The position numbers and the translations under genes are program-made. From the sequence record NC_047754.1: a DNA stretch of 64,000 nt, one strand, 5' to 3'. Numbering within the stretch: position 1 is the first letter of the stretch; every line of letters begins with the position of its first letter. Shown one piece after another: positions 1 through 9,517 of the stretch. A model generated the notes under the pieces. The model was not told the DNA's origin. It worked only from the letters and a program-made list of their open reading frames with translations, and searched no databases. This DNA is from Escherichia phage phiAPCEc03.

Positions 1-461
1 CTGGCTTTTCTAAGTTCTTTTTCAGCCTGCTCAAGAGTTTTAAAAGTTCCTATGGTAATTCTATTACCATTTACACGTAGTTTTGCTTCGAACTTTCCCT
101 CCCCGCGTTTATATACTCCCTTAACCCCTGTAGACTCATTCTTCCATCCCGAAGAGTTTTTTCCATTCTCTGCATTTGTTGCTTTACGTAAGTTATTCCA
201 CCTATTGTTGAAGGGGTCTTGATCTTTGTGATCAATGAGAAATTCACCTGGGTCTTCTCCTGTCATGTATAGATACGCTACCCGATGGGCCTTATATAAC
301 CCATTATTACCCATTGATAGGGATATTCCTGAACTATTTCTACTACCTGCTGGTTTACCTTTACGACTCCCTGAATTCCAAGTAAATATACCTGCCTCTG
401 GATCATAGTCATATTTTTTCTTATATTCTTCTAATGATAGAAGAGGTTTATGATTTGCCAT
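1..461 (-). CDS. HNH-AP2 homing endonuclease, partial (start codon at 461, C-terminus runs off window edge)
   Basis: Hand translation of minus strand from ATG at 461 gives MANHKPLLSLEEYKKKYDYDPEAGIFTWNSG...YKAHRVAYLYMTGEDPGEFLIDHKDQDPFNNRWNNLRKATNAENGKN...GVKGVYKRGEGKFEAKLRVNGNRITIGTFKTLEQAEKELRKA with no stop to position 1; HNH motif plus AP2-like C-terminal domain; paralogous to ORFs at 40340, 47672, 60851. Absent from ORF track because it is truncated. Confidence 0.6.
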   Translation of the reverse strand, partial: MANHKPLLSLEEYKKKYDYDPEAGIFTWNSGSRKGKPAGSRNSSGISLSMGNNGLYKAHRVAYLYMTGEDPGEFLIDHKDQDPFNNRWNNLRKATNAENGKNSSGWKNESTGVKGVYKRGEGKFEAKLRVNGNRITIGTFKTLEQAEKELRKA

Positions 462-666
462 TTATCTTGAATCTCCTCCGAGAACTTCTTGAGCCATCAT
501 TCCACTCCCGCTCAAACTCCGCACGTTTCTCTTCAAACTTCCGCTCCCTTTCCGCAATCTCCCGCGATACTTCCGCAATATATTTACGATGGCTGTCGAT
601 AGCCGCAGTCATTCCGAAAATTCCCGCAAGTATCCCGATAATAAAAGCAATTATAATACTAAACAT
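448..666 (-). CDS. small membrane protein (N-terminal transmembrane helix, charged C-terminus)
   Basis: 72 aa ORF; hydrophobic N-terminus FSIIIAFIIGILAGIFGMTAAI followed by K/E/R-rich tail; function unknown. Confidence 0.4.
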   Translation of the reverse strand: MFSIIIAFIIGILAGIFGMTAAIDSHRKYIAEVSREIAERERKFEEKRAEFEREWNDGSRSSRRRFKINGKS

Positions 667-853
667 CTAATTCCCTCTCAATTTGCAGAATACGGGTACT
701 ATCACAACGTTGCAGTTCTACTAATTTTTCTATAGCAAATTGTTGCTGCTTTACCTGGGCCTCTAGAGTTTTTAGGCGAACATACGCGTTATAAGAAACA
801 ATGAAAGTTGCCCAGACTAGTATTACTATTAGTGTAGCTACTACTTCCATCAT
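659..853 (-). CDS. small membrane protein (TM helix plus coiled-coil-like tail)
   Basis: 64 aa ORF; MMEVVATLIVILVWATFIVSY hydrophobic segment; start overlaps stop of upstream small ORF (ATGA-type coupling). Confidence 0.4.
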   Translation of the reverse strand: MMEVVATLIVILVWATFIVSYNAYVRLKTLEAQVKQQQFAIEKLVELQRCDSTRILQIERELDV

Positions 854-957
854 TTACGTTTCTCCAGTAATAAAATTTCAACTCTAGCCAAGTGATTATC
901 TAAAATACATTGTCCGATAATAACAACCCCTAGTAATGCAATAATTACCCATTCCAT
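850..957 (-). CDS. very small membrane protein (35 aa)
   Basis: Hand translation MEWVIIALLGVVIIGQCILDNHLARVEILLLEKRK; overlapping stop/start with neighbours; below ORF-track size cutoff. Confidence 0.3.
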   Translation of the reverse strand: MEWVIIALLGVVIIGQCILDNHLARVEILLLEKRK

Positions 958-1085
958 TAAATCCACCCCGCCATAGCTGCTAACCAAAAACCTACGAAAA
1001 TAAAGAATAGGATAGTTCCGAACCCAAAACTATTTATCCAACTCTCATACACCTCTCCGCGTCTATTCTTTCTTTTGTTTGACAT
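957..1085 (-). CDS. very small membrane protein (42 aa)
   Basis: Hand translation MSNKRKNRRGEVYESWINSFGFGTILFFIFVGFWLAAMAGWI; basic N-terminus then hydrophobic helix; TAATG overlap with next ORF. Confidence 0.3.
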   Translation of the reverse strand: MSNKRKNRRGEVYESWINSFGFGTILFFIFVGFWLAAMAGWI

Positions 1086-1261
1086 ATCTTTCGTGCTCCC
1101 ATAAATGTGATATTTAAAATATTTTATAGTTTGTGTATAACCGACCGTGCTTGTGAACTCCTAGAAGGACTCCTATTTTTCTTACCTAGTGGTTTCTGCC
1201 AATATACCATCCAAGAAATAAAAAATTTAGTTTACTTGGATGTCTTTTTGTTTTATACTAA

Positions 1262-1528
1262 TTACAGGTAATTAGATTGCTCTAGTTTAAATTTACAATC
1301 ACCATATTTAAGGTCAAACTGACTGAGATCCCACCACCCAAATTTAGTACGGAGCTGTACTACTGGAAAGCGATCTCCCTTAATACGAACTTTTTGAACC
1401 TTGAGACCGTAATGTTCTTCTCCCGCACCACCAAAAGATTTTACAAATCCCGTACAAAATGGTTTGGGAGCAGGTGCACAACCAGATAACATAACTACGG
1501 CAACTAGTGCAATTACAAACTTTTTCAT
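1262..1528 (-). CDS. llp: Llp-like lipoprotein (receptor-blocking superinfection-exclusion lipoprotein)
   Basis: 88 aa; signal peptide MKKFVIALVAVVMLSGC with lipobox LSG-C; divergent from the receptor-binding protein gene as in T5 llp/oad; own sigma70-like promoter. Confidence 0.75.
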   Translation of the reverse strand: MKKFVIALVAVVMLSGCAPAPKPFCTGFVKSFGGAGEEHYGLKVQKVRIKGDRFPVVQLRTKFGWWDLSQFDLKYGDCKFKLEQSNYL

Positions 1529-1559
1529 ATTTATCTCTCCATTTCTAATTTATGAATCT

Positions 1560-1588
1560 ATTATAGCAAAATAGAGGGATGAAAGCAA
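1560..1588 (-). promoter_or_regulatory. sigma70-type promoter for llp (-35 TTGCTT, 17 nt spacer, -10 TATAAT)
   Basis: Minus-strand reading: TTGCTT-tcatccctctattttgc-TATAAT then GGAGAG Shine-Dalgarno before the llp ATG. Confidence 0.6.
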
Positions 1589-1613
1589 ATACATTTTTAT
1601 AATAGGAGATTAT

Positions 1614-3371
1614 ATGGGTTTTTTCGCTGGAAAGTATAGCGATGGTAAGACCGTACTATCTTTAAATACTGAATCTGGGGGTGACATTAATCGTCACTAT
1701 AGTCCAAATAATAATAGTATTTTTCATAGTGATATGCCATTTGTCCTAGTTGATGGTACTTACGAGGCTGGGTTAGGTGATGCCGGAAATGGGTTTTTCG
1801 TATGTCAGATGCCTCCTGATATAGTAAATATTAAATCTAATGATCCTGGTAGAGTTATACTAACTGCTATTGAAATTAACGGCACTCACAGAGCTTTTCT
1901 TAATGGTACTCAGAGTAAGGTTGGTCAAACTATAGTTGCCACTCAAGCTGATCCCTTTAGATCTTTTGCTAGTGTTTCTCAAACTAGTGGATTTGCATTT
2001 GGTAATAGTCTAGCATCTGGAACTTATAATTATAATTCATCGATAGGGCACGAAGAATCTATCTCTAGGAGTGGCACAGGGGGTACTACATTACATAGTA
2101 CCTACCATGGGATAGTTAGGCCCGGTGCGGGAGCTCCTGTAGGTGTTACTGTTGCAGAAGCTTTTGCACAATTAGGGTTTCCTACTAACAGTAGCACAGT
2201 ACCTGTAGATGGGAATAACCCGTACTATTGGGATCCTGGATGGATGTCGCCTCTAGGAGCAGCACATAGAGGGCATGATTGGTTTTATGTTTGCAATTCT
2301 AATATACGTGGGTACGGTGGGGTTAGGCAAGGGCTCCCAGGTAATGTAAATACTATGTACCACGACGGCGGGAACAGATTTGTTTGTAGGGGATCTACTA
2401 CTAATCTAGCTAACCAGTCGGGTGACTCTACAATACTACAGGATTGGTATAATATAACTCCTACTAAGGTTATTTGGTATGTTCTTAACTTAAGGTACTC
2501 AAATGGCGGTATGAGTATTTCCGGCAATCCCTTTACTGGTTCTGATATTCTTATATCTCCTTCTAATTTCATAATTAAAGGGGTAAGTCTCCCGAATACT
2601 GGATATAAATTTATAAATCAGAATGCTTTTGGTAACCTAGGTTACCGTCCTGATATGGAGTATATAGGGAATAACGCAGCGTATACTGGGGTTTTTGGGG
2701 ATACCACGGCAAGGTGTGAACTTGTAGGGTCTAGTAATGGAGGATTATGGTCTCCTGTAGACTATGGTGGAGCTAAATCACAGATTAGCATTTATAGGTT
2801 CGGAGTAGGTAAACAGTGGTATGTAAACTCTAACGATAATACTATTGGTAACGAGCATGGAGTTGTTTGGGGACCATCAGCAGTTCCACTGCGACTTTTT
2901 GGTGGAAATGTAGGTAGTTCTTATATGGGAGATGATATTACTCCTAGCTACCCAGGAACGGGTGATAGATACGTTGGTTTATCAACTATTGGGCTAGGTA
3001 TACCAGGCGGAAATGCTACAGTAATTCTTACTACTGAAGTTATATCAGGTAATCTTAATTGTGCGGGTGTTCCAGCTAATACATGGAATAACGGTGTGTT
3101 TCAAGTGCAAGGAAGAAGAGCATATAGCTATAGCGGCGGGGATGCAATATTCCACCAGATTTTAACGCTACCTGTGGGCTATCTAGTACCTTTTCATACT
3201 ACATCTGCTTTTAGATATACACCTAACAATGCTCTAAGTAGAAACAGTTTTATATATACAGTTAAAAATCTAGGAAATGGAAATGTGGAGTTAGGGGTAG
3301 TTATGCACGTGAGTTTGGGTAGTGCAGTTTTCCTACCTAGATTAAGAGTAACAGTTCAACGCCTTACCTAA
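1614..3371 (+). CDS. receptor-binding tail protein (T5 pb5/Oad-like)
   Basis: 585 aa; N-terminus [24 protein letters not shown] and C-terminus RVTVQRLT resemble my recollection of T5 pb5; Gly/Asn-rich; SD AGGAG; adjacent divergent llp. Confidence 0.7.
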   Translation: MGFFAGKYSDGKTVLSLNTESGGDINRHYSPNNNSIFHSDMPFVLVDGTYEAGLGDAGNGFFVCQMPPDIVNIKSNDPGRVILTAIEINGTHRAFLNGTQSKVGQTIVATQADPFRSFASVSQTSGFAFGNSLASGTYNYNSSIGHEESISRSGTGGTTLHSTYHGIVRPGAGAPVGVTVAEAFAQLGFPTNSSTVPVDGNNPYYWDPGWMSPLGAAHRGHDWFYVCNSNIRGYGGVRQGLPGNVNTMYHDGGNRFVCRGSTTNLANQSGDSTILQDWYNITPTKVIWYVLNLRYSNGGMSISGNPFTGSDILISPSNFIIKGVSLPNTGYKFINQNAFGNLGYRPDMEYIGNNAAYTGVFGDTTARCELVGSSNGGLWSPVDYGGAKSQISIYRFGVGKQWYVNSNDNTIGNEHGVVWGPSAVPLRLFGGNVGSSYMGDDITPSYPGTGDRYVGLSTIGLGIPGGNATVILTTEVISGNLNCAGVPANTWNNGVFQVQGRRAYSYSGGDAIFHQILTLPVGYLVPFHTTSAFRYTPNNALSRNSFIYTVKNLGNGNVELGVVMHVSLGSAVFLPRLRVTVQRLT

Positions 3372-3381
3372 AGGAGGAAAT

Positions 3382-3864
3382 ATGGCAAATGATGTATTAG
3401 TACCAGATCTTATGTCCCCTGAAGGGATGGATGTGATTGAAGCTTATTTACAGTGCGGCAGCGATGTGCCTTCTGCCGCACGTAGTCTTGGAATGTCCGA
3501 AATTGCTTTCCGAGATATTATGAATCGTAGTGAAGTTAAGAACTACTTAAATGATATTTTTATGGAAAGTGGATTCCGTAACAGGGATCGTTTGTTTGGT
3601 GTTCTAGATGAAGTTATTAAACGTAAACTAGAGGAACTGGAAGAAACTGGCATGGGTTCTGACCAGGATATTATGGATATTCTCTGGAAAGCACACAAGA
3701 TGAAGATGGAAGAGATGAAAATGATGGTAGAGTTAGAAAAAGCTAAAGCTGCCGTTCGAGCTCCTGCTAATCAGACCAATATCCAGAATAACATTATTGC
3801 TGGAGCTGGGGATCAAAACTACATGGACTTAATTACTTCCCTGGCTACTGGAGGTAAGAAATAA
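3382..3864 (+). CDS. putative terminase small subunit
   Basis: 160 aa ORF immediately upstream of and abutting large terminase (stop/start overlap); helix-turn-helix-like N-terminal region; SD AGGAGG. Confidence 0.5.
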   Translation: MANDVLVPDLMSPEGMDVIEAYLQCGSDVPSAARSLGMSEIAFRDIMNRSEVKNYLNDIFMESGFRNRDRLFGVLDEVIKRKLEELEETGMGSDQDIMDILWKAHKMKMEEMKMMVELEKAKAAVRAPANQTNIQNNIIAGAGDQNYMDLITSLATGGKK

Positions 3865-5180
3865 TGGAAGTATCAAGACCCTACGTTAACACAGTAGATG
3901 TTATTGATTTCGGAATAGACAAACGTTTCTTTCGTTTACCTGTTTCAGGAATACTAGCACAAGAAGGTATTACACCTAATGGTCCTCAAATAGCGATTAT
4001 CAATGCGCTAGAAGACCCTAGACATCGTTTTGTAACGGCGTGTGTATCGCGCCGTGTGGGCAAGTCCTTTATAGCATATACACTTGGATTCCTAAAATTG
4101 CTGGAACCCAATGTGAAGGTACTAGTAGTTGCTCCTAACTACTCACTGGCCAACATCGGATGGTCTCAGATTCGTGGTCTTATTAAGAAGTATGGCCTAC
4201 AAACTGAACGTGAGAACGCTAAAGATAAAGAGATTGAGTTAGCTAATGGTTCTCTGTTTAAACTAGCTTCCGCGGCTCAGGCTGACTCCGCAGTTGGACG
4301 TTCATATGATTTTATCATTTTCGATGAGGCGGCAATTTCCGATGTGGGTGGTGATGCCTTTAGGGTTCAGTTACGTCCTACTCTAGATAAACCTAATTCT
4401 AAAGCTCTATTTATTTCCACCCCTCGTGGAGGTAACTGGTTTAAAGAGTTTTACGCCTATGGATTTGATGATACGTTACCTAACTGGGTGTCTATTCATG
4501 GTACATACCGTGATAACCCTCGTGCTGACCTGAATGACATTGAGGAAGCACGTCGTACAGTTAGTAAAAACTACTTCCGCCAGGAATACGAGGCCGACTT
4601 CTCTGTATTCGAAGGCCAGATCTTTGATACCTTTAATGCTATCGATCATGTTAAAGACCTCAAAGGTATGCGTCACTTCTTTAAAGATGATGAAGCATTC
4701 GAAACATTGCTTGGTATTGACGTTGGTTATCGTGATCCTACAGCAGTTCTTACTATTAAGTACCACTATGATACAGATACCTACTATGTATTAGAAGAGT
4801 ACCAGCAGGCAGAGAAAACTACAGCGCAACATGCTGCGTATATTCAGCACTGTATAGATCGTTATAACGTAGATCGTATCTTCGTTGACTCCGCGGCTGC
4901 CCAGTTCCGTCAGGACTTAGCTTATGAACATGAAATTGCATCAGCTCCAGCTAAAAAATCTGTCCTAGACGGTCTAGCATGCTTGCAAGCGCTATTCCAG
5001 CAAGGCAAGATTATTGTAGATGCTTCATGTTCCTCATTAATCCATGCGTTGCAGAACTATAAATGGGACTTCCAAGAAGGTGAAGAAAAATTATCACGTG
5101 AAAAACCACGTCATGATGCTAACTCTCACCTCTGTGATGCGCTGCGCTATGGAATTTACTCTATTTCCCGTGGTAAATAA
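3864..5180 (+). CDS. terminase large subunit
   Basis: 438 aa, same length as T5 large terminase; ATPase N-terminal region and nuclease C-terminal region; position before portal. Confidence 0.85.
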   Translation: MEVSRPYVNTVDVIDFGIDKRFFRLPVSGILAQEGITPNGPQIAIINALEDPRHRFVTACVSRRVGKSFIAYTLGFLKLLEPNVKVLVVAPNYSLANIGWSQIRGLIKKYGLQTERENAKDKEIELANGSLFKLASAAQADSAVGRSYDFIIFDEAAISDVGGDAFRVQLRPTLDKPNSKALFISTPRGGNWFKEFYAYGFDDTLPNWVSIHGTYRDNPRADLNDIEEARRTVSKNYFRQEYEADFSVFEGQIFDTFNAIDHVKDLKGMRHFFKDDEAFETLLGIDVGYRDPTAVLTIKYHYDTDTYYVLEEYQQAEKTTAQHAAYIQHCIDRYNVDRIFVDSAAAQFRQDLAYEHEIASAPAKKSVLDGLACLQALFQQGKIIVDASCSSLIHALQNYKWDFQEGEEKLSREKPRHDANSHLCDALRYGIYSISRGK

Positions 5181-5294
5181 ATAAATATAGGAAGGGATAC
5201 TACTCAGTTGGTATCCCATTCCTGCATTTTAAAATCCCCTTTACAAATTCGATACGATTATGTATACTATATTCATACAGTTGAGGAGAACACT

Positions 5295-5732
5295 ATGGCA
5301 AGCAATATAAAATATAAACGCGATGCTATATCCCTTATGAGAGACGGAATAAAAAGTCAATATAAAAAAGACTCTCAATGTGCTATCTGCGGTTGTGCTG
5401 AAGAATTAGAGCTTCATCATTACCATACGGTGTCTCTACTAGTTAAAAAATTTGCTAAAGAACTCCAATTGGATTTCACTGACGAAGAAACAGTCCTTTC
5501 AAATAGGACGGCATTCTATGATCGATATAGGCATGAGCTAGTAGAAGACACTGTTACCCTTTGTGTACACCATCACCAATTATTACATAAGGTTTACACA
5601 AAAGAACCTCCTTTATTTTCTGCTAATAAGCAAAAAGTGTGGGTTCAAAAGCAGAAAGACAAATTACAGAATCCTCAAGAAAAGACACAAGTCAAGACTG
5701 AAACAAAATCAGGATTCGCAAGGTTCTTATAA
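5295..5732 (+). CDS. HNH endonuclease (Cys/His-box type)
   Basis: CAICGCAEELELHHYH ... CVHHHQLLH metal-binding pattern; ATG at 5295 preceded by GAGGAG SD (ORF track's upstream start at 5208 is unlikely); sits between terminase and portal. Confidence 0.6.
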   Translation: MASNIKYKRDAISLMRDGIKSQYKKDSQCAICGCAEELELHHYHTVSLLVKKFAKELQLDFTDEETVLSNRTAFYDRYRHELVEDTVTLCVHHHQLLHKVYTKEPPLFSANKQKVWVQKQKDKLQNPQEKTQVKTETKSGFARFL

Positions 5733-6949
5733 TGGGTTTTAAAAGCTGGATTACTGAAAAGCTAAATCCGGGTCAACGTATTATAAGAGACATGGAACCA
5801 GTTAGTCATCGCACTAACCGTAAGCCTTTTACCACTGGACAAGCCTACAGTAAAATTGAGATTCTCAATAGAACTGCTAATATGGTTATAGATAGTGCGG
5901 CGGAGTGTTCTTATACTGTCGGAGATAAATATAATATTGTCACGTATGCCAATGGTATCAAGACAAAGACTCTAGACACTCTCTTAAATGTACGACCTAA
6001 TCCATTCATGGATATAAGCACATTCCGTAGACTTGTAGTCACTGACCTACTTTTTGAAGGTTGTGCATACATCTATTGGGATGGCACAGCACTTTACCAT
6101 GTCCCTGCTGCACTAATGCAAGTAGAGGCAGATGCCAATAAGTTTATCAAAAAATTTATATTTAATAATCAGATAGACTATCGCGTAGATGAGATTATCT
6201 TTATAAAGGATAACAGTTACATGCGCGGCACAAATTCTCAAATTTCTGGACAATCTCGTGTTGCTACTGTTATTGATTCTCTTGAGAAGCGTTCTAAGAT
6301 GCTTAACTTTAAAGAGAAATTCCTCGATAACGGAACCGTGATTGGTCTTATTCTTGAGACGGATGAAATCCTGAACAAGAAATTGCGTGAGCGTAAACAA
6401 GAAGAATTACAACTAGATTATAATCCTAGTACTGGTCAGTCCTCTGTCCTGATTCTAGATGGTGGTATGAAAGCTAAACCGTACTCCCAAATATCCTCTT
6501 TTAAAGATCTAGACTTTAAGGAAGACATTGAAGGATTTAATAAATCTATCTGTCTAGCCTTTGGTGTTCCGCAAGTACTGATTGATGGTGGTAATAATGC
6601 GAACATTCGACCAAACATCGAATTGTTCTACTATATGACTATCATCCCTATGCTGAACAAACTGACTAGTTCTCTTACTTTCTTTTTTGGTTATAAGATT
6701 ACTCCTAATACTAAGGAAGTAGCTGCATTAACACCAGATAAAGAATCTGAGGCTAAACATTTAACCTCATTGGTTAATAATGGTATTATAACTGGTAACG
6801 AAGCTCGTTTAGAGCTGAACCTTGAACCTTTAGATGATGAGCAGATGAATAAGATTCGTATTCCTGCTAACGTTGCTGGTTCTGCAACAGGCGTATCTGG
6901 TCAAGAAGGTGGTAGACCTCAAGGTTCCACCGAGGGAGATAAAGAATGA
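5732..6949 (+). CDS. portal protein
   Basis: 405 aa; position after terminase and before protease/capsid; size close to T5 portal pb7. Confidence 0.8.
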   Translation: MGFKSWITEKLNPGQRIIRDMEPVSHRTNRKPFTTGQAYSKIEILNRTANMVIDSAAECSYTVGDKYNIVTYANGIKTKTLDTLLNVRPNPFMDISTFRRLVVTDLLFEGCAYIYWDGTALYHVPAALMQVEADANKFIKKFIFNNQIDYRVDEIIFIKDNSYMRGTNSQISGQSRVATVIDSLEKRSKMLNFKEKFLDNGTVIGLILETDEILNKKLRERKQEELQLDYNPSTGQSSVLILDGGMKAKPYSQISSFKDLDFKEDIEGFNKSICLAFGVPQVLIDGGNNANIRPNIELFYYMTIIPMLNKLTSSLTFFFGYKITPNTKEVAALTPDKESEAKHLTSLVNNGIITGNEARLELNLEPLDDEQMNKIRIPANVAGSATGVSGQEGGRPQGSTEGDKE

Positions 6950-7431
6950 TTGATTATAGTGGTCTAAAGACCATTTTTGGTGAAAAACTGCCAGAATCTC
7001 ATATCTTCTTTGCTACGGTTGCTGCGCATAAATATGTTCCTAGCTACGCTTTTCTGCGTAGAGAACTAGGACTTTCATCTGCGCATACTAACCGTAAAGT
7101 ATGGAAGAAATTTGTAGAGACCTATGGTAAAGCAGTTCCTCCTGCTCCACCATTAACTCTTTCTAAGGATTTAACTGCTAGCATGTCCGTTGAAGAGGGA
7201 GCAGCGTTAACCCTTTCTGTTACTGCAACCGGTGGTATTGGTCCATATACTTATGCATGGACTAAAGATGGTTCTCCTATTCATGGTGCTTCAGGAGCTA
7301 CCTATACTAAGCCTGCAGCAGCTACAAAGTATTCTGGAGCCTATAAAGTAACTGTAACAGATAGTAAGCAAGTAAGCAAGGACTCTGCTACATGTGCTGT
7401 GACAGTTAATCCTACTGTTCCTGGAGGCTAA
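6946..7431 (+). CDS. capsid decoration protein with C-terminal Ig-like domain (T5 pb10-like)
   Basis: 161 aa; C-terminal segment SVEEGAALTLSVTATGGIGPYTYAWTKDGSPIHGASGATYTKPAAATKYSGAYKVTVTD is an Ig-like (Big/I-set type) fold signature; synteny portal-decoration-protease. Confidence 0.6.
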   Translation: MIDYSGLKTIFGEKLPESHIFFATVAAHKYVPSYAFLRRELGLSSAHTNRKVWKKFVETYGKAVPPAPPLTLSKDLTASMSVEEGAALTLSVTATGGIGPYTYAWTKDGSPIHGASGATYTKPAAATKYSGAYKVTVTDSKQVSKDSATCAVTVNPTVPGG

Positions 7432-7434
7432 TAA

Positions 7435-8067
7435 ATGACACAAGCTGCTATTGACTATAACAAGTTAAAATCAGCACACGTTCATTTAGATGCCTATATT
7501 AAATCTATTGATAGCGAATCCAAAGAGGGCGTTGTAAAAATCCGTGGATTCGCTAATACAATTAGTAAAGATCGCGCTGGTGATGTAATTCCTGCTTCTG
7601 CGTGGAAAACATCTAATGCACTTACTAACTATATGAAAAACCCGATTATTCTTTTCGGACACGATCATCGTCGTCCAATCGGTAAGTGTATTGATCTTAA
7701 CCCTACTGAAATGGGTCTCGAAATCGAATGCGAGATCTATGAAAGTTCTGACCCGGCTATCTTTTCACTAATTAAAAACGGTGTACTGAAAACTTTTAGT
7801 ATCGGATTCCGCTGCCTAGATGCAGAGTGGGATGAAGCTACTGATATATTTATTATTAAAGATTTAGAACTATACGAAGTTTCGGTAGTTTCTGTACCTT
7901 GTAATCAGGACTCAACGTTCAATCTCGCTAAGAGCATGAATGGTCATGATTATACTGAATGGCGTAAATCTTTTACTGCAATAAGTTCTAAAGCTGTCCC
8001 AGCTCAAGAACGTAATCTTTCTGAACTAGAAAAACTTGCGATAGCTTTAGGCTACGTTAAAGAATAA
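7435..8067 (+). CDS. prohead maturation protease
   Basis: 210 aa (same as T5 pb11); directly upstream of major capsid protein. Confidence 0.7.
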   Translation: MTQAAIDYNKLKSAHVHLDAYIKSIDSESKEGVVKIRGFANTISKDRAGDVIPASAWKTSNALTNYMKNPIILFGHDHRRPIGKCIDLNPTEMGLEIECEIYESSDPAIFSLIKNGVLKTFSIGFRCLDAEWDEATDIFIIKDLELYEVSVVSVPCNQDSTFNLAKSMNGHDYTEWRKSFTAISSKAVPAQERNLSELEKLAIALGYVKE

Positions 8068-8084
8068 CGGAGAATTATTTAAAA

Positions 8085-9458
8085 ATGACTATTGATATTA
8101 ATAAGCTGAAAGAAGAACTTGGTCTGGGTGATCTGGCTAAATCTCTGGAAGGTCTGACCGCTGCTCAGAAAGCTCAGGAAGCTGAACGTATGCGTAAAGA
8201 GCAGGAAGAAAAAGAACTGGCTCGTATGAATGACCTGGTTTCTAAAGCTGTTGGTGAAGACCGTAAGCGTCTGGAAGAGGCTCTGGATCTGGTTAAGTCT
8301 CTGGATGAGAAATCTAAGAAGAGCGCAGAACTGTTTGCACAAACTGTAGAAAAACAACAGGAAACTATTGTTGGTCTTCAGGACGAAATTAAATCTCTGC
8401 TAACAGCTCGTGAAGGTCGTTCCTTTGTTGGTGATAGTGTTGCTAAAGCACTGTACGGTACTCAGGAAAACTTTGAAGACGAAGTAGAAAAACTGGTTCT
8501 GTTGTCTTATGTAATGGAAAAAGGTGTATTCGAAACCGAACACGGTCAAAAACACCTGAAAGCAGTGAATCAGTCCTATTCTGTAGAAGTTTCTAGTGAA
8601 AGCTATGAAACTATTTTCTCCCAGCGTATTATCCGTGACCTGCAGAAAGAGCTGGTAGTTGGCGCACTGTTCGAAGAACTGCCGATGTCTAGTAAAATTC
8701 TTACTATGTTGGTTGAGCCAGACGCTGGTAAAGCTACTTGGGTTGCTGCTTCTACTTATGGTACTGATGCAACTACTGGTAATGAAGTTAAAGGTGCTCT
8801 TAAAGAAATCCACTTCAGTACTTACAAACTGGCTGCTAAGTCCTTCATTACTGATGAAACTGAAGAAGATGCAATCTTCTCTCTGCTGCCTCTGCTGCGT
8901 AAACGCCTGATTGAAGCACACGCTGTTTCTATCGAAGAAGCGTTTATGACTGGTGATGGTTCTGGTAAGCCGAAAGGCCTGTTGACTCTTGCTAGAGAAG
9001 ATGATGCTAAAGTTGCTACTGAAGCTAAAGCTGATGGTACTGTTCTGGTAACTGCTAAAACTATCTCTAAACTGCGTCGTAAACTGGGTCGTCATGGTCT
9101 GAAACTGAGCAAACTGGTACTTATCGTATCTATGGATGCTTACTACGATCTTCTGGAAGATGAAGAATGGCAGGATGTTGCACAGGTTGGTAACGATGCT
9201 GTTAAACTGCAAGGTCAGGTTGGTCGTATTTACGGTCTGCCGGTTGTAGTTTCTGAGTACTTCCCAGCTAAAGCTGCTTCCGCAGAGTTCGCAGTTATTG
9301 TTTATAAAGATAACTTCGTAATGCCGCGTCAGCGTGCTGTTACTGTTGAGCGTGAGCGCCAAGCTGGTAAACAGCGTGACGCATACTACGTTACCCAGCG
9401 TGTTAACCTGCAACGTTACTTTGCAAATGGCGTTGTATCTGGTACTTACGATGCTTAA
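8085..9458 (+). CDS. major capsid protein precursor (HK97 fold with N-terminal delta/scaffold domain)
   Basis: 457 aa; N-terminal ~150 aa coiled-coil rich in E/K/L (delta domain); strong high-expression codon bias (CTG, CGT, GGT, AAA); followed by strong terminator. Confidence 0.9.
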   Translation: MTIDINKLKEELGLGDLAKSLEGLTAAQKAQEAERMRKEQEEKELARMNDLVSKAVGEDRKRLEEALDLVKSLDEKSKKSAELFAQTVEKQQETIVGLQDEIKSLLTAREGRSFVGDSVAKALYGTQENFEDEVEKLVLLSYVMEKGVFETEHGQKHLKAVNQSYSVEVSSESYETIFSQRIIRDLQKELVVGALFEELPMSSKILTMLVEPDAGKATWVAASTYGTDATTGNEVKGALKEIHFSTYKLAAKSFITDETEEDAIFSLLPLLRKRLIEAHAVSIEEAFMTGDGSGKPKGLLTLAREDDAKVATEAKADGTVLVTAKTISKLRRKLGRHGLKLSKLVLIVSMDAYYDLLEDEEWQDVAQVGNDAVKLQGQVGRIYGLPVVVSEYFPAKAASAEFAVIVYKDNFVMPRQRAVTVERERQAGKQRDAYYVTQRVNLQRYFANGVVSGTYDA

Positions 9459-9477
9459 TACAGGCTTTTCAGCCGAT

Positions 9478-9505
9478 AAGGAGAGCTTCGGCTCTCCTTT
9501 TTTAT
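9478..9505 (+). terminator. intrinsic terminator after capsid gene
   Basis: Hairpin GGAGAGC-TTCG-GCTCTCC followed by TTTTTTATT. Confidence 0.7.
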
Positions 9506-9517
9506 TGGGAAAAATAA

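Noticed and set aside
8079-8357. 92 aa minus-strand ORF at the start of the capsid gene
   Set aside because: Antisense to the capsid delta-domain coding region; Phe/Leu/Gln-rich low-complexity product.
8400-9413. 337 aa ORF on the minus strand inside the major capsid gene
   Set aside because: Antisense to a strongly supported, codon-optimised gene; low-complexity translation; artefact of codon bias removing stops on the opposite strand.
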